A DNA stretch of 60,182 nt, taken from NCBI GenBank assembly GCA_044226625.1, contig JBGAGQ010000037.1, positions 1-60,182 on the forward strand. The letters are read 5' to 3'. This document shows positions 39,510 to 60,182 of this stretch, in pieces (positions within the stretch are counted from its first letter, which is position 1; the number at the start of each line of letters is the position of its first letter). The position numbers were made by a program, and so were the translations under genes. The notes below the pieces were generated by a model. It was not told the origin of the DNA. It ran no database searches and saw only the letters and a program-made list of their open reading frames with translations. Source of the DNA: Thermoanaerobaculia bacterium (GTDB lineage Bacteria > Acidobacteriota > Thermoanaerobaculia > Multivoradales > UBA5704).

Positions 39510-39547
39510 CCCGCCCCCCCGGCGTTCGGAACGCCGTCGGAGGCGGG
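39510..39547. terminator. Hairpin between convergent membrane-protein and NRPS genes
   Basis: CGGCGTT-cgg-AACGCCG core with outer CCCGCC/GGCGGG arms; no U-tract. Confidence 0.45.
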
Positions 39548-39549
39548 GC

Positions 39550-58169
<18,620 letters not shown>

Positions 58170-58173
<4 letters not shown>

Positions 58174-60182
58174 CCCTGACCTCCCTGCTGTTTCTTCGCG
58201 CGCTTCTCGGCGAGCAGCTTGCGAATCGCGTCCGGCGTCATCGCGGCGAGCTCGGTGCGGAGCTTCTCGGCATCGCGCGGCGCGGGCGCGGCGGCGGCTT
58301 CGGCGCGACGCGGCGCGATCCGTTGCGCCTCCGCCTCGGCGCTCGGGCCCTTCGCCATCAGCTCGCCGACCGTCGCGGCGAGACGCTCGATCGTCGGCTC
58401 CTCGAACAGGGTGCGCATCGGCACCTCGAAGCCGAACGTCTCGCGCAGTCGGGCGAAAACCTGCGTGGCGAGGATCGAATTGCCGCCGAGGTCGAAGAAG
58501 CCGTCGCGCACGCCGACCTTCTCCACCCGCAACACCTCGATCCAGATCGCGGCGATCTTTTCCTCGAGCGGGGTGCGCGGCTCGACGAACTCCCGTCGCG
58601 AGCCTTCGCGCGTCCCGGCCGGCAACGGCAGCGCGCGAAGGTCGACCTTGCCGTGCGCGGTGAGCGGCAGCTCGGGCAAGAGCACCACCGCGGCGGGGAC
58701 CATGTACTCGGGAAGCTTGGCCCGGGCCGCGGCGCGCAGCGCGTCGGCGTTCGTGGCGCCGTCGTCGGAGACCACGTAGGCGACCAGCCGCTTGTCCCCC
58801 GCGACGTCCTCGCGCGGCACCACGATCGCGCGGCGCACGCCGGCCTCGGCGGCGAGCGTCGCCTCGATCTCCGCGAGCTCGATGCGGAAGCCACGGATCT
58901 TCACCTGATTGTCGATCCGACCCAGGTATTCGAGGTCGAAGCGGCCGCCGTCGCCGACCCGCCGCGCGAGATCGCCGGAGCGATAAGCGCGGGCGCCAGC
59001 GCGGCCGGAGAACGCGTCGGGTACGAAGCGCTCGGCCGAGAGCTCCGGCCGTCCGAGGTAGCCGACCGCCAGGCCGGAGCCCGCGACGATCATCTCTCCC
59101 GGCACGCCGAGCGGCGCCGGGATGCCGAACGCGTCGGTCACCTGGATCGCGAGATCGGGGATCGGCACACCGACCAGGCTCCCCCGCTTCGCGTCGACGT
59201 CCGCCTTCGAGATCGGCCGGTAGGTGACGTGCACGGTCGTCTCGGTGATGCCGTACATGTTGACCAGGCGCGGCCCCGCCACGTCCCCACCGCCCGAAAA
59301 CTCCGGATGGCGTTCGAACCAGGGCGCGAGCGCAGGCAGATCGAGCGCCTCACCGCCGAAGATCACGTAGCGCAGCGAAAGCGGCGCCGCCCCGTCGGCT
59401 TCGATCACGCCGCGCTCGGCCCAGACGAACTGCTGGAACGCCGACGGCGTCTGGTTGAGCACGGTCACCTTGCGGTCGCGGACCAGGCGATAGAACGTCT
59501 CCGGCGCGCGCGAGATCTCCGTCGGGACGACCTCCAGGAGGCCGCCGTAGGCGAACGCACCCCAGATCTCCCAGACCGAGAAGTCGAAGGCGTAGGAGTG
59601 GAAAAGCGTCCAGACGTCGTCGGGGCCGAATCCGAACCAGGCCTCGGTCGACGAGAGCAGACGCGCCACCTCGCCATGCCGCACCGGCACCCCCTTAGGT
59701 TTGCCGGTCGAGCCGGAGGTGTAGATCACGTAGGCGACGTCGCCCGCATCAACCTTCGGCAGCTCCGCCCCGTCGCCATTTCCGAGGTCGTGGTCCAGGT
59801 CCGCAAGCATGCCGGCGTCGATCGTCAGCCGCGCGCCGGAATCCTCGCGGAGCAGAGCTTTCCGATCCTCGGGATAGGTGGGATCGATCGGCACGTACCC
59901 CGCGCCGCTCTGGAGCACCGCGACGAGCGCGACCGGCAGGTCCAACGAGCGATCGAGCGAGACGGCGATGAGATCGCCGGGACGGACGCCGGAGCGGACC
60001 AGCCGGCGCGCGAGGGCTTTCGCGCGAGCGTCGAGCTCGGCATACGTCAAGACCTGGTCGCCCGCCCGCACCGCCTCGCGCGCGCCATGCGCCGCGGCGG
60101 AACGGCCGAACAGGTCGACCAGCGTCGGCATCGCCTTCGAATCGACGGCCGGAGGAAGAGCCGAGGCGGCGCGGATCTGCTC
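58170..60182 (-). CDS. Upstream NRPS, 3' part only: A(Thr)-T
   Basis: Frame open to the window edge (EQIRAASALPPAVDSKAMPTL...); code DFWNIGMVHK; T motif FFDLGGNS; stop overlaps TTG of the next NRPS. Confidence 0.95.

Overview
High-GC (~70% by eye) bacterial chromosome segment; gene style suggests Acidobacteriota (Thermoanaerobaculia-like), which is inference only. In order: a type III PKS; a frameshifted IS481-family element between REP-like half-palindromes; a Phd-VapC toxin-antitoxin pair; small enzymes; a stand-alone Cys/Thr-periodic RiPP precursor gene; a complete clade II N2O reductase cluster (nosZ-B-D-F-L-Y) co-oriented behind a DsrL/GltD-like FAD/Fe-S oxidoreductase, Rieske protein, b6-type cytochrome b and pentaheme cytochrome c, next to a DNR-like Crp/Fnr regulator and RIC, with two ATGAC-N4-RTCAT boxes; a type I R-M system with a low-GC HEPN-motif gene between hsdS and hsdR; an RNA methyltransferase; envelope/glycosylation genes; a 176-bp MITE-like hairpin; and the 3' end of an NRPS cluster (partial Thr module, then a 6207-aa five-module NRPS ending in TE). 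Best candidates for undescribed systems: (1) the flavoprotein-Rieske/cyt b-multiheme module wired to NosZ, (2) the orphan periodic RiPP precursor, (3) the HEPN-like gene inside the type I R-M operon, (4) the NRPS with a duplicated A-T-C unit and re-tuned A pocket. No rRNA, tRNA or CRISPR array seen. All family calls come from motifs read by eye; no database searches were run.
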